NCBI GenBank assembly: GCA_035539375.1
Contig: DATLIP010000010.1
Coordinates: 6,364-70,363 of the forward strand
Reading direction: 5' to 3'
Length of the DNA stretch: 64,000 nt
Source: Bdellovibrionota bacterium
GTDB taxonomy: Bacteria; Bdellovibrionota; UBA2428
This document shows, piece by piece, positions 34,704 through 43,662 of this stretch (the first letter of the stretch is position 1; every line of letters starts with the position of its first letter). The translations under genes and the position numbers were made by a program. The notes beneath the pieces are model-generated. The model did no database searches and was not told the origin of the DNA. It was given only the letters and a program-made list of their open reading frames with translations.

Positions 34704-35243
34704 ATGCGTCATTACACGTTCGCAGCGAAGTTTTTTTTAAGCACTTGGGTCTGTGCGTCAGGCCTCGTTTTTGCCCAGACCAAGGGCGATTTGGTTTCGC
34801 CCGGTCGCGACGTCTACCACAATAACAGTGCTGCTGGCTCGTCCGACAAAGAAGACGCTCCCAAGGTTGAGTTCACCTCGCGAGTTTCTTTCAAAAAAGG
34901 CGAGTACCAACTCCCCGCCGGAGAGACTTCCAACAATCTCGTGCGTCACATGATCGACCACAGTTTCCAAGCGACGGAAGTGGGTGCCAATTCCGGTGGC
35001 ACCAATTTTGGTACCTACGCGGGTTTCGTCAAGTGCGATGTGCTGCGAGACGGCGCGGCCGTGACGAGCTCAAATTGCGTGGTCTCCAAAGAACCGCCCG
35101 TAGGCTTCTCGTGCTCCACGGGTGCCGTTCAGGGAGTGACGGATCACTCTAATGTTGAACCGACCCTGCTACCCCGACGTGGCGTGAGCGGCAATGTCCA
35201 GTCTATGCCCAGCACGGGCGGCGTTCCTCGTAAAAAGAACTAG
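34704..35243 (+). CDS. Small secreted protein, function unknown
   Basis: GGAGGA at 34692-34697, then ATG 34704. Signal MRHYTFAAKFFLSTWVCASGLVFA|QTK. Confidence 0.5.
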   Translation: MRHYTFAAKFFLSTWVCASGLVFAQTKGDLVSPGRDVYHNNSAAGSSDKEDAPKVEFTSRVSFKKGEYQLPAGETSNNLVRHMIDHSFQATEVGANSGGTNFGTYAGFVKCDVLRDGAAVTSSNCVVSKEPPVGFSCSTGAVQGVTDHSNVEPTLLPRRGVSGNVQSMPSTGGVPRKKN

Positions 35244-36214
35244 GCCAGACCGATCTCTCGCAGACGCTCCTGCAAATACTCACCCGCAGTCGTGTCGGGA
35301 TCACGCTGAGGCGTGGTGTTCGACACGGTCTGCGGCAGCGCTTTGAGCGACATTTCCGAAACCGGATGCAAAAAGAAGGGAACCGAGAGGCGCGACTCGC
35401 GCAGCTTCTGAGGATCCTTGGGGTTCACCACTTGATGCGTGGTGCTGACATAGTAGTAATTTGTGAGACGCTGGAGCATGTCGCCCACGTTGATCACGAT
35501 CTCGTCGGCCTTGGTCTGCACCGGAATCCATTCTCCCGAACGGCTCTTGGCTTCGAGCCCCGGGTTCGAGGCGCCGATGAGCAGCGTGATGAGGTTGATG
35601 TCTTCGTGCGGCGCCGAGCGCAGCGCCTTGGCCTCCACGTTGGCCGAAATCGGCGGGTAATGTATCGGGCGCAAAATGGAATTTCCATAGCGCACGTACT
35701 CGGTGAAATACTCAGGGTCGAGCTTCAACGAAATCGCCAGCGCGCGCAGCACGTCCATGCCGAGATCCAGCAGACCTGAATAAAGATTTCTCAGTGTCGC
35801 ATCGAATTCGGCGACGTCCGGAACGCTCACGTTCTTGGGATAAGTCTTGGCGAGGGGATTGTCTTCGGGCACATCCACACCGACGTGGTAAAACTCTTTG
35901 AGGTCGCCCACGTTGTGATTCTTAGCGTGTTCTTTGCCAAAGGGCGTGTAGCCGCGCGCGCCGCCGATGCCGGGTACGTGGTACTGCATCTTGGTGGCTT
36001 CGGGCAGGGCGAAAAAGCTGGTCATCGCCGAGTAGGATTTTTCTTGCAGCTCATGCGAGATGTTGTGACCTTTGATGATCACAAAGCCAATGTCGCGAAA
36101 CGAGGCCTGCAGATTTTCGACGAAGGCGGATTTTTTGGCCGCGTCGTCTGAGTAGAAATCGCGGATGTCGAGCGTTTTGATTCCGGGTACGTAATTTGAG
36201 GTCGATGCGTTCAT
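35240..36214 (-). CDS. 2-oxoglutarate/Fe(II)-dependent oxygenase (isopenicillin-N-synthase-like family)
   Basis: RPIHYPPI, H-x-D in APHEDINLITLL, distal His in STTHQVVNP, and RLSVPFFLHP. Start MNASTSNY (ATG 36214) with GGAGGA 12 nt upstream. Confidence 0.8.
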   Translation of the reverse strand: MNASTSNYVPGIKTLDIRDFYSDDAAKKSAFVENLQASFRDIGFVIIKGHNISHELQEKSYSAMTSFFALPEATKMQYHVPGIGGARGYTPFGKEHAKNHNVGDLKEFYHVGVDVPEDNPLAKTYPKNVSVPDVAEFDATLRNLYSGLLDLGMDVLRALAISLKLDPEYFTEYVRYGNSILRPIHYPPISANVEAKALRSAPHEDINLITLLIGASNPGLEAKSRSGEWIPVQTKADEIVINVGDMLQRLTNYYYVSTTHQVVNPKDPQKLRESRLSVPFFLHPVSEMSLKALPQTVSNTTPQRDPDTTAGEYLQERLREIGLA

Positions 36215-36237
36215 GGGCTTGGTCTCCTCCTCTGGAG

Positions 36238-36299
36238 GGTTCCAGGAACCTATACCTGGCACCTCTTCCGTGAGGTGCCAGGTATAGGTTCCTGGAACC
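36238..36299. repeat. Perfect 28-nt inverted repeat with 6-nt loop (palindrome family, site a)
   Basis: GGTTCCAGGAACCTATACCTGGCACCTC (36238-36265), loop TTCCGT, exact reverse complement (36272-36299). It lies 24 nt upstream of the oxygenase ATG in a divergent intergenic region. Confidence 0.9.
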
Positions 36300-36348
36300 A
36301 CTGCGAACAACTAAAAAAAGCTAAACAGGCTCATTTTATTAAGAAAAA

Positions 36349-36377
36349 TTGACATGGTCTTTGTCGGATTCGGCTAT
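36349..36377 (+). promoter_or_regulatory. Candidate sigma70-type promoter for the OmpA-family gene
   Basis: Perfect -35 TTGACA (36349-36354) preceded by an A/T-rich tract. Only a weak -10 candidate, GGCTAT, after a 17-nt spacer. Sequence resemblance only. Confidence 0.25.
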
Positions 36378-36473
36378 CCGTCTTGATTAAATGGGTTCAA
36401 GTTCGCAAGAACCCAACATCAAGTTCCGCTGAGGCCCCCATTAACCGAGGCGGAACAAACAAAGCGCAAACCA

Positions 36474-37115
36474 ATGAAGGAGTGCATCAACATCATGAAA
36501 ATCAAATCTTCGATCAAACGCCTTATCAAGGGCTCGTGTCTCACCGCTGGACTTTCCATGGTTGTGGGCGCTCAGCTCCATGCTTTTTCTGTGCAAGATC
36601 GTGAATACGATTGGTACCAAGACCGCGGTGGCGATTGCTGGTTCTTCGGCAAAACCGCTAGCGACCCCCTCTGCCGTAGCACCACCGACACCTCGACCCC
36701 CAAAGTGGTCACCAGCACCCGCGATGCGGCGGCTACGGTTCCCGCTCCGATCTCCCTGGATTCGGGAGGTCTCTTTGAACTTAATAGCGCCGAACTCCGC
36801 CCCAGCTCCAAAGCCAAGGTGGTAGAGATCGCCAAGAAAATCAAAAACGAAAAACCCAACGCCCGAGAGCTTTCGGTGACCGGCTACGCCGACCCCACGG
36901 GGCCTTCGTCGCTCAACCAAGAACTCTCGGAGCTTCGAGCGCAGAGCGTGAAAAATGTCCTCGTCGAAGAGGGCGTGCGTTCGTCGAGCATCAAAACCGA
37001 TGGTCGGGGTTCGCAGAACGCCGTGGTGCCCCTGAACAAGTGTGAGGGCAAAACTGGCAGCGCGCTTTCTGGCTGCCTCGCCCCCAATCGCCGCATCGAA
37101 GTCGATGTGCTGTAA
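36474..37115 (+). CDS. OmpA-family peptidoglycan-binding protein
   Basis: C-terminal OmpA-like domain LSVTGYADPTGPSSLNQELSELRAQSVKNVLVEEGV ... NRRIEVDV. Signal-like MKIKSSIKRLIKGSCLTAGLSMVVGAQLHA (alternative start ATG 36495). Confidence 0.8.
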   Translation: MKECINIMKIKSSIKRLIKGSCLTAGLSMVVGAQLHAFSVQDREYDWYQDRGGDCWFFGKTASDPLCRSTTDTSTPKVVTSTRDAAATVPAPISLDSGGLFELNSAELRPSSKAKVVEIAKKIKNEKPNARELSVTGYADPTGPSSLNQELSELRAQSVKNVLVEEGVRSSSIKTDGRGSQNAVVPLNKCEGKTGSALSGCLAPNRRIEVDVL

Positions 37116-37154
37116 CTCATCCCCATAAAGCCAACCCCCATTTGGCTGACGCCC

Positions 37155-37192
37155 GCCCGCCATGCACCCCCAATTGCATGGCGGGCATTTTT
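37155..37192 (+). terminator. Rho-independent terminator after the OmpA-family gene
   Basis: GCCCGCCATGCA (37155-37166), 8-nt loop, TGCATGGCGGGC (37175-37186), then ATTTTT. Confidence 0.75.
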
Positions 37193-37210
37193 GTATCATA
37201 GATAAGGCTT

Positions 37211-38206
37211 ATGCGAGCCAATGTCTTTGTATTGGGTTCTGGACGCGCGGCCCGCGCGCTCACCGAGAGCCTCAGAATTCTCGAAATCAACGACCCGGAT
37301 TTTAAAGTGGAGTCGATGCGCACCTTGGCGCGCGGCGCTTCGCTCAAGAGCGTGGCGAGCGGCGTGGAGAATCCGATTCTGATCATCGCCAACCCGCATG
37401 GTCTCCATGCGCGCACCTTGCTGGATGCGGACACCGAGGGATTTCGCTTCATCGTCTGCGAAAAGCCCGCCGCGGTTTCGCTCGCCGAGATCGCCTCTCT
37501 AGCTAAGATTCGCACCCCTGTGGCCGTGTGCCATGGCTACCGTCAGAGCTGGGGCGTGCAAACGCTGCGCCGTAAGATCGCCGCGGGCGAATTCGGCAAG
37601 CTCCTGAGCATCGAAGGACGCTACTGGCAGTCTTCGGCGGCACAGGCGGCTCTGGCGGATGTGAAAAAATCCAATTGGAAAAACGACACGGCGCTGGGGG
37701 GCACCTCGGACGCGCTCATCGACATCTCCTCACACTGGCTCGATACCGCGTGTTTTTTGCTGAACGACTTTGACTCGCCCCGCGGCGAGATCTCGCTCTC
37801 GTATCTCAATGCCGAGGCCTCGCATCGCGATACTCACGTGCATCTCAATTTGCTCGCCAAATCTGGCGCGCGTCTCTTTGCTTCGGTTTCGAAAACCGTG
37901 CACGGCGCGGGCAACCACTTTGAAGTGAACGTCATTGGCGAAAAGAAATCCGCCACCTGGAAATTCTTAGAGCCCGACATTATCGAAGAGGGCGTGGGCG
38001 CCACGCGCACCACCATTGCTCGCCGTGCGGACGAGATCTACGGATCGGGGCATTCGCCCTTTCACGCTACGGGATGGCTCGAAGGTTATGCGGAGATCTT
38101 GCGTCAGGCGCTGCGCCAGGCGCGCGGAGAGGCCTTTGCCTATCCGACGCTCGCCGAACACCTCAAGGTGCTTGGCCGTTTGCTAGAACCCGCGCGAGCT
38201 GAATAA
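37211..38206 (+). CDS. Gfo/Idh/MocA-family NAD(P)-dependent oxidoreductase
   Basis: N-terminal Rossmann VFVLGSGRAARA and the family EKP motif in FIVCEKPAA. Confidence 0.65.
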   Translation: MRANVFVLGSGRAARALTESLRILEINDPDFKVESMRTLARGASLKSVASGVENPILIIANPHGLHARTLLDADTEGFRFIVCEKPAAVSLAEIASLAKIRTPVAVCHGYRQSWGVQTLRRKIAAGEFGKLLSIEGRYWQSSAAQAALADVKKSNWKNDTALGGTSDALIDISSHWLDTACFLLNDFDSPRGEISLSYLNAEASHRDTHVHLNLLAKSGARLFASVSKTVHGAGNHFEVNVIGEKKSATWKFLEPDIIEEGVGATRTTIARRADEIYGSGHSPFHATGWLEGYAEILRQALRQARGEAFAYPTLAEHLKVLGRLLEPARAE

Positions 38207-39470
38207 GCTCAGGGGTTGTGAGCGGAGTTTCTTCGGGGTTTCCGTAGACGAAACGTTCGGCGAAGTCTTTTTCGTAGTGGGTTTCCATGAAGTCGAGAAT
38301 GCGCTGGCTGTGGTCGAGCTGTTTTTGAACGGCGTCTGCGCGGCGCACGAGCTCTTCGGCGATGTGGGCGTTCATTACCCAGGTCTTGGGGAAATCTTTT
38401 TCATCGAATTTCATAAAAACGGAAAGTCCGGTGCCCGAACTGGCATCCACATAGATGCTGATACGCTTCAAACCGCCGCGGTAGGGCTCGATGTCGATCC
38501 ATTTGTCTTCCCGGACAACTCGCGTCGCCCGATCGTAAGTTTCCACCACGTCGCGGCCCACTCGGTTATGGTGCAACAAGACACGTAGGGTTTCGCGCGC
38601 TTCGAGTCGCAAATCCTCTCGCCACGCGGTTTCGCTATAACTCTCGTGCACTTGTCGGCGCAGCACCTGACCAAGGTTAAACTCCTGGGCCTTGATGCTC
38701 CCCCAAAAAGTGAGCGTTTCGCTGAGAGAGAGGAACTTTGTTTCTTTGAGGTACTTGCTTTGCGCCCACGGCGGCGTGCCGTGGATTTCTCCCAAGTACG
38801 GCAGCACCCATTCTTTTCGTTGCCCCTGGGCGATCAAGACAAGCGCGTGGGTGTCCTCGTGGAACATGATCGTCGGAATGGTGTCAATGCTGAGCAGATC
38901 CTTGGCGCTGAGGTAGAGCACGCCCTCGCCGTGTTCGTAGCTGCCGAGGTTGGACTCCGAGTGAGTCGGGCTAAAGACAATGCGCAGGTGAGGGGAGCGT
39001 CGTAGCGTGTTGCGCAGGACCCGTTCGAAGGGAGTTTGGGACACGTGCGAAGGGTCGATCACTCGCGACCACTTCATGGTGATTTGCAGCTCGGGTTGGG
39101 GTTTGCGTCCGAGGGGCCAGGGCTTCGAGCGTTTGGGGGTGACGATCACGGCTTCGATGTCGGCGTGCAGATGAATCTGGTTGAAGGTGTCACGTACCTG
39201 TTCCAGGTAGGGCAAGAGGGTTGCCGTTTTGACCCGCCGGGCGTTCTTGATGAGCTCCATCGAAGTGGCGAAGGCCTGGGCCGCCCTCATGGGGAGCTTG
39301 TCTTGAATACGAGCAAAATAGGCCGCGCAGCGGGCGCGCAGGGGTAGGGCTAAGTCGGCGTTGGGGACGAAGGGAACAAGGGTGCCGGCGGCTTGGGCCG
39401 AGGCACCCAGGAAGAGCACCAGGCCGGCGAAGCAGCTCAGGCGTGGGCATCGTCCTTGAAGGGGAATCAT
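38163..39470 (-). CDS. Secreted protein with HExxH motif (putative metalloprotease), otherwise unknown
   Basis: Signal LSCFAGLVLFLGASAQA|AGT. IMFHEDTHALV contains H-E-D-T-H. The 3-prime end overlaps the convergent oxidoreductase gene by 44 nt. Confidence 0.4.
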   Translation of the reverse strand: MIPLQGRCPRLSCFAGLVLFLGASAQAAGTLVPFVPNADLALPLRARCAAYFARIQDKLPMRAAQAFATSMELIKNARRVKTATLLPYLEQVRDTFNQIHLHADIEAVIVTPKRSKPWPLGRKPQPELQITMKWSRVIDPSHVSQTPFERVLRNTLRRSPHLRIVFSPTHSESNLGSYEHGEGVLYLSAKDLLSIDTIPTIMFHEDTHALVLIAQGQRKEWVLPYLGEIHGTPPWAQSKYLKETKFLSLSETLTFWGSIKAQEFNLGQVLRRQVHESYSETAWREDLRLEARETLRVLLHHNRVGRDVVETYDRATRVVREDKWIDIEPYRGGLKRISIYVDASSGTGLSVFMKFDEKDFPKTWVMNAHIAEELVRRADAVQKQLDHSQRILDFMETHYEKDFAERFVYGNPEETPLTTPELIQLARVLANGQAP

Positions 39471-39542
39471 TGGGGGCCTCTCTAGCCCAAAAGACGCAGT
39501 GTGTCACCAGGCGAATGCCCTTTAAATACGGATTTTATGGCC

Positions 39543-39569
39543 AGGTGCCAGGTATAGGTTCCAGGAACC
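39543..39569. repeat. Single-arm copy of the site-a palindrome (site b)
   Basis: AGGTGCCAGGTATAGGTTCCAGGAACC is 26/27 identical to the right arm at 36273-36299. It retains the internal mini-palindrome GGTTCCAGGAACC and is followed by T5 on the plus strand. It sits 3 nt from the DHS-like stop codon. Confidence 0.85.
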
Positions 39570-39572
39570 TTT

Positions 39573-40553
39573 TTACCAGCCCAGCAGGTAGGCAAACATC
39601 AGCGGGGCGACGATCGTGGCGTCCGACTCGATGACGTGCTTGGGCGTTTTCACGCCGAGCTTGCCCCAGGTGATCTTCTCGTTGGGCACGGCGCCCGAGT
39701 AGGAGCCGTAGCTCGTGGTGGAGTCCGAGATCTGGCAGAAGTAGCCCCACAGCGGCACGTCGTTCAGCTCAAGATCTTGGTGCAGCATAGGCACCACGCA
39801 GATCGGGAAATCGCCCGCGATGCCGCCGCCGATTTGGAAGAAACCGATCGACGAGTTTTTGCTCGCCTCTTGGTACCAGGTGGCAAGTTCCATCATGTAC
39901 TCGATGCCGCCCTTTACGGTGAGCGGGTTTTTGACTTCGCCCGTGATGCAATACGAGGCGTAGAAGTTCGCGGTGGTGGAGTCTTCCCAGCCGGGCACGA
40001 AGATCGGCAGGTTCTTTTCGCAGGCGGCGATGAGCCACGAGTCTTTAGGATCGATGTCATAGGAGGGCTTCAGGCGGCCCGAGCGGATGATCTTGTAGAG
40101 GATCTCGTGCGGAAAGAAGCGTTCGCCTTTTTTGTCGGCGGCGAACCACTCTTCTTTGAGGGCCACTTCGAGGTGACGCATGGCTTCGCCTTCGGGAATG
40201 CAAGTGTCGGTGACGCGGTTCATGTGACGCTCTAGCAGGTTTTGCTCATCTTGCGGGCTGAGGTCGCGGTAGTGCGGCACGCGCACGTAGTGCGAGTGCG
40301 CCACGAGGTTAAAAAGGTCTTCTTCGAGGTTGGCGCCCGTGCAGGAGATGCCGTGCACTTTGCCCTGGCGAATCATCTCGGCGAGCGATTTGCCCAGCTC
40401 CGCGGTGCTCATGGCACCGGCGAGGGTGACAAACATCTTTCCGCCCTTTGCGAGGTGCTCTTCGTAGCCCTTGGCGGCGTCCACTAGCGCGGCGGCGTTG
40501 AAGTGTTTGTAGTGGTGCAGGAGAAATTCGCTAACGGGGCCTTTTTTGGTCAT
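39573..40553 (-). CDS. Deoxyhypusine synthase-like (homospermidine-synthase-like) protein
   Basis: LLHHYKHFNAAALVDAAKGYEEH, TLAGAMSTAELG and ISCTGANLEEDLFNLVAH match the DHS family signature layout. About 326 aa. Confidence 0.8.
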   Translation of the reverse strand: MTKKGPVSEFLLHHYKHFNAAALVDAAKGYEEHLAKGGKMFVTLAGAMSTAELGKSLAEMIRQGKVHGISCTGANLEEDLFNLVAHSHYVRVPHYRDLSPQDEQNLLERHMNRVTDTCIPEGEAMRHLEVALKEEWFAADKKGERFFPHEILYKIIRSGRLKPSYDIDPKDSWLIAACEKNLPIFVPGWEDSTTANFYASYCITGEVKNPLTVKGGIEYMMELATWYQEASKNSSIGFFQIGGGIAGDFPICVVPMLHQDLELNDVPLWGYFCQISDSTTSYGSYSGAVPNEKITWGKLGVKTPKHVIESDATIVAPLMFAYLLGW

Positions 40554-40555
40554 GT

Positions 40556-43500
40556 CTATTTACCTCGGGGATTCTTATATAGAGCCCGCGCTCGCTTTTC
40601 AACCGCCGCGGCCTTGGGATTTTGAGGAGTGCAAATGTCATTGGGTAGCCAGAATTTGTAGCCGTGTTTGGCGAGGTGAACGCCATAGCGGCTAAAGAGC
40701 TGCGCGGCGCTGTCGTGGTCGAAAGACCCCAGTTGGTTTGACGCAAAACCATTCGTGTTGAAGGAGGCCTGGTCGGAGCTGATGCCGGTCAGAGCTAAAA
40801 TCGGGTTATTGTGGCCCGGACAGTTCAACGTCGAAAGCACGTCGATACCTTCGGGGTGTTGGTTGAACTCGTTGCCGATGGTGAGGTTTGACTTGGGCGA
40901 GGGGGCAAAGTGAAAGTTCGGACTCAGGGGCTGGGATTCGACAAAGCGCTCTCCTTTCATTCTCCAAAGCGCCGAGGTCGCATTGATCACGCCCATGCTG
41001 CCCGGCCGATTGAGGATGATGGATTCGTTGGCCATTTGGCCGGTGTAAAAGACTCCGGGAATTTTTTGAAGAGCTTCCAGTCGGTTCTCGGCGTTGACTT
41101 TGACAAAGACCGTCTCCAGTTTCGAAAAATCCGGTTCACCGTAGCTCGTGACGTAGTAGCCGGGGTGCTGAAGCATGGACGTCGAAAATGGCAGCCCGTC
41201 GAAGACCATGCGATCGGTAACATGGAACTCGTTGTCGAAACTCAAGAATTCGTGAACGTCTCCGTACTGTCGCTGCCAGAGATTCGCTCGCAGCGGCTGG
41301 TAGACGCCTTTGGTCCACTGGGTGACCTTGCCATTGGTCTTTTCGTAGGCGAGGGGAGGGACTTCCACGTCGTCGCACTCGAGCTCGCAATTGTAAAAGA
41401 TCAGGTGCGAGCCGGTGTCGTAGAGTGCTGCGTAGTTGCGAAAGCGGGCGTCGACTTTTTCGAAGCCTAGGTGCGGACGGTGGGAGTCGAAGACGTAGAG
41501 CTCGTTTTGCTCGTCACGCATGAGTCGCGAGGTGTGGGCGTTTTTTAGCACCAGGGCTAGGTTTTGAGGCTTGAGCGAGTCGATGAGCTCCAGTGCGGCG
41601 TTTTGCCTATGGTAGAGGCGAAGTTCGGTGCCTATCGCAACGAGAAAATAAGGGTCGTTCGCTTCGATAAAGACGGGGGTAGATCCCGGCGCCAGGCTTT
41701 CGGGAAAAGCCCAAGTCATTTCGGCTCGCTCGGGCGCACTCATTTTGGCGAGATGCGTGCCATCGAGAATGGCCCAGTTTCCGTCGAGGCTGAGGGTGGT
41801 CCAGCGATGAAAAGGCGTGGGCGGTGTCAGGCTTTGACCATTGTCGAAATGCTTCATCTGACCGGAATTCAGGTCGAGCAGGAAGTGCGTGTCGCTAAGG
41901 ATCTGCCGGCTACCCGGAGTGAAGACACGATGCTTGTAGGAATCTTTGGTGGCCCAACGCGCGTGAGCGTCTTTGGCAGAAGAAGACCAGAAGGCAAAAT
42001 TTTCAAAAACTTCCTCGTAGTTCTGGAGCGGAACGGTGGGGATCTGGACGGGCGTCTCGCGGAGCGAGCGGTAGAAGTGCTGGCGGAATGTCTCTCCCCA
42101 CATGGAGAAGGAGTCGGTGGTGCCTTTGACGAGCGAGCCGATCGTGTTGTCGAGGGAAGCCGAAACGGCGGACTTTTGCACCCGCTCGGCCCGGCGTTCG
42201 AGGAAAGGTTTCAGCGCTTCGGCAATCTTGCGAGCACTGATGCTCGGGTCGAGGCCCCAGCGAATCTGCGGGGGATCTTTGGGATCGGACGAATAAAGAT
42301 TGCGACGAAAGATGGCCGCTGCAGCTAGCATCGAAACGGATTCGCCCTCGACGTTGAAGGTTTCTTGGTGAAAGTTTTTCACCAAGTCGCCGCACTTGTT
42401 GCAGAGGCTAAGGATGGCGTCAGAATTGCCCAGGTGTTCGGCGATGCGGCCGTCGCGGCTGGGGGTGCTCCAGTCGTCGTAGTTTTTGGAACCCGGAGGG
42501 CAGGGGTTGCTTTTGCAAAATGCGTAACCCTCGGCCACCACATTCACGCGCTCGAGGATCTGTGCTTTGATGTCGCTGACGATTTGGCCCGCTACTTTGA
42601 CAACATCAAAGGAGGGATCGAGTTTCTTGACGAGCGCCAGACCAAAGTTCTTTTCGCTACCAAAGAAGTCTTTGGAGTACTGATCGAGCGAAAACCACGG
42701 GTGCGTGGAAGCTTCGCGCAGCGAGCCGGATTGTGGCCAGCGCATGCGCACAAAACCACTGGTCTTGGGATCTGTGGGCTGTTCCCCCCAGTAAAAATGC
42801 GCGCTCACTTTGCGAATCGCACGCGGAACGGTCGAAGAAAAAAGCATGAAAGGCAAGCCGAAGGCATTGCCCGAGGATCTGTAGATGTACTGAGTGTGGC
42901 CCGTGGTGCCGCGAATGACGACATGGTAGGAGCCGGCGCTAAAGGCCTCGGTAGTGATGGCCACGGGGTAAGAGTCGCGCAGCAAGGTGTGCGTGTAGGT
43001 GTTGTTCATGATGTAGTCGAGGGCGGCGCGCAGGCGGCGATCTTTTGCCCAATCGGGATGGGTGGGCAGGCGGCTCCACTCAGAGCGCATGTGCTGGTTG
43101 GTGAGCAACTGTCCTGAGCCGGCAAGGCGGTTGGCGGCTGGCAGGCTGTGCAAGCGCGCGAAGACCCATCTCAGCACGTAGGCGACGTCGGCACAGTCGG
43201 TGGCGATTTGGTGTTTGACGAAAAAATTCTCGTCGACGTTCGCGACGATCCACTTGGAGAACTCGAGCTCCCAGTGGGAATCCCATTCGCGCGTGGCTTT
43301 CCAAAGCGGCTCCGCGGCCGCATCCATTGGCGGGGCAATGAGCGGCCGGCTCTGCGCGGCCACGGCGGGGGCGTTGCTACGGGTGTACTTGGTGTGGAGA
43401 TATTTTTGCGCCTGCTCGTAAGATTCAAAGTTTTGCGTGCGCTCGCGATCTTGCCAGCCGTCGCGGGCGATGCGAAATTCGTCTAGGGTGAGCACCCCTT

Positions 43501-43633
43501 CGGAGAGGTGCAGTATGGCGAAGGCGTTTTGCGGACCTCGGTAGAACTCTTCGGTGCTCGGGGCGGCGACTGCCGTGAGACTCAAAAGGCTAGATAAAAA
43601 AAGAATGACGGAGTGGCGAGAAATCCATTTCAT
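40556..43633 (-). CDS. Large secreted protein (1025 aa), function unknown
   Basis: Signal MKWISRHSVILFLSSLLSLTAVA|APS. The N-terminal region has DCADVAYVLRWVFAR ... GSYHVVIRGTTGHTQYIY, a weak Cys...His papain/NlpC-P60-like pattern (speculative). The stop is 2 nt from the DHS-like start. Confidence 0.5.
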   Translation of the reverse strand: MKWISRHSVILFLSSLLSLTAVAAPSTEEFYRGPQNAFAILHLSEGVLTLDEFRIARDGWQDRERTQNFESYEQAQKYLHTKYTRSNAPAVAAQSRPLIAPPMDAAAEPLWKATREWDSHWELEFSKWIVANVDENFFVKHQIATDCADVAYVLRWVFARLHSLPAANRLAGSGQLLTNQHMRSEWSRLPTHPDWAKDRRLRAALDYIMNNTYTHTLLRDSYPVAITTEAFSAGSYHVVIRGTTGHTQYIYRSSGNAFGLPFMLFSSTVPRAIRKVSAHFYWGEQPTDPKTSGFVRMRWPQSGSLREASTHPWFSLDQYSKDFFGSEKNFGLALVKKLDPSFDVVKVAGQIVSDIKAQILERVNVVAEGYAFCKSNPCPPGSKNYDDWSTPSRDGRIAEHLGNSDAILSLCNKCGDLVKNFHQETFNVEGESVSMLAAAAIFRRNLYSSDPKDPPQIRWGLDPSISARKIAEALKPFLERRAERVQKSAVSASLDNTIGSLVKGTTDSFSMWGETFRQHFYRSLRETPVQIPTVPLQNYEEVFENFAFWSSSAKDAHARWATKDSYKHRVFTPGSRQILSDTHFLLDLNSGQMKHFDNGQSLTPPTPFHRWTTLSLDGNWAILDGTHLAKMSAPERAEMTWAFPESLAPGSTPVFIEANDPYFLVAIGTELRLYHRQNAALELIDSLKPQNLALVLKNAHTSRLMRDEQNELYVFDSHRPHLGFEKVDARFRNYAALYDTGSHLIFYNCELECDDVEVPPLAYEKTNGKVTQWTKGVYQPLRANLWQRQYGDVHEFLSFDNEFHVTDRMVFDGLPFSTSMLQHPGYYVTSYGEPDFSKLETVFVKVNAENRLEALQKIPGVFYTGQMANESIILNRPGSMGVINATSALWRMKGERFVESQPLSPNFHFAPSPKSNLTIGNEFNQHPEGIDVLSTLNCPGHNNPILALTGISSDQASFNTNGFASNQLGSFDHDSAAQLFSRYGVHLAKHGYKFWLPNDICTPQNPKAAAVEKRARALYKNPRGK

Positions 43634-43662
43634 AGATGTGAGTACTCTAGTGCGGGATCAAA

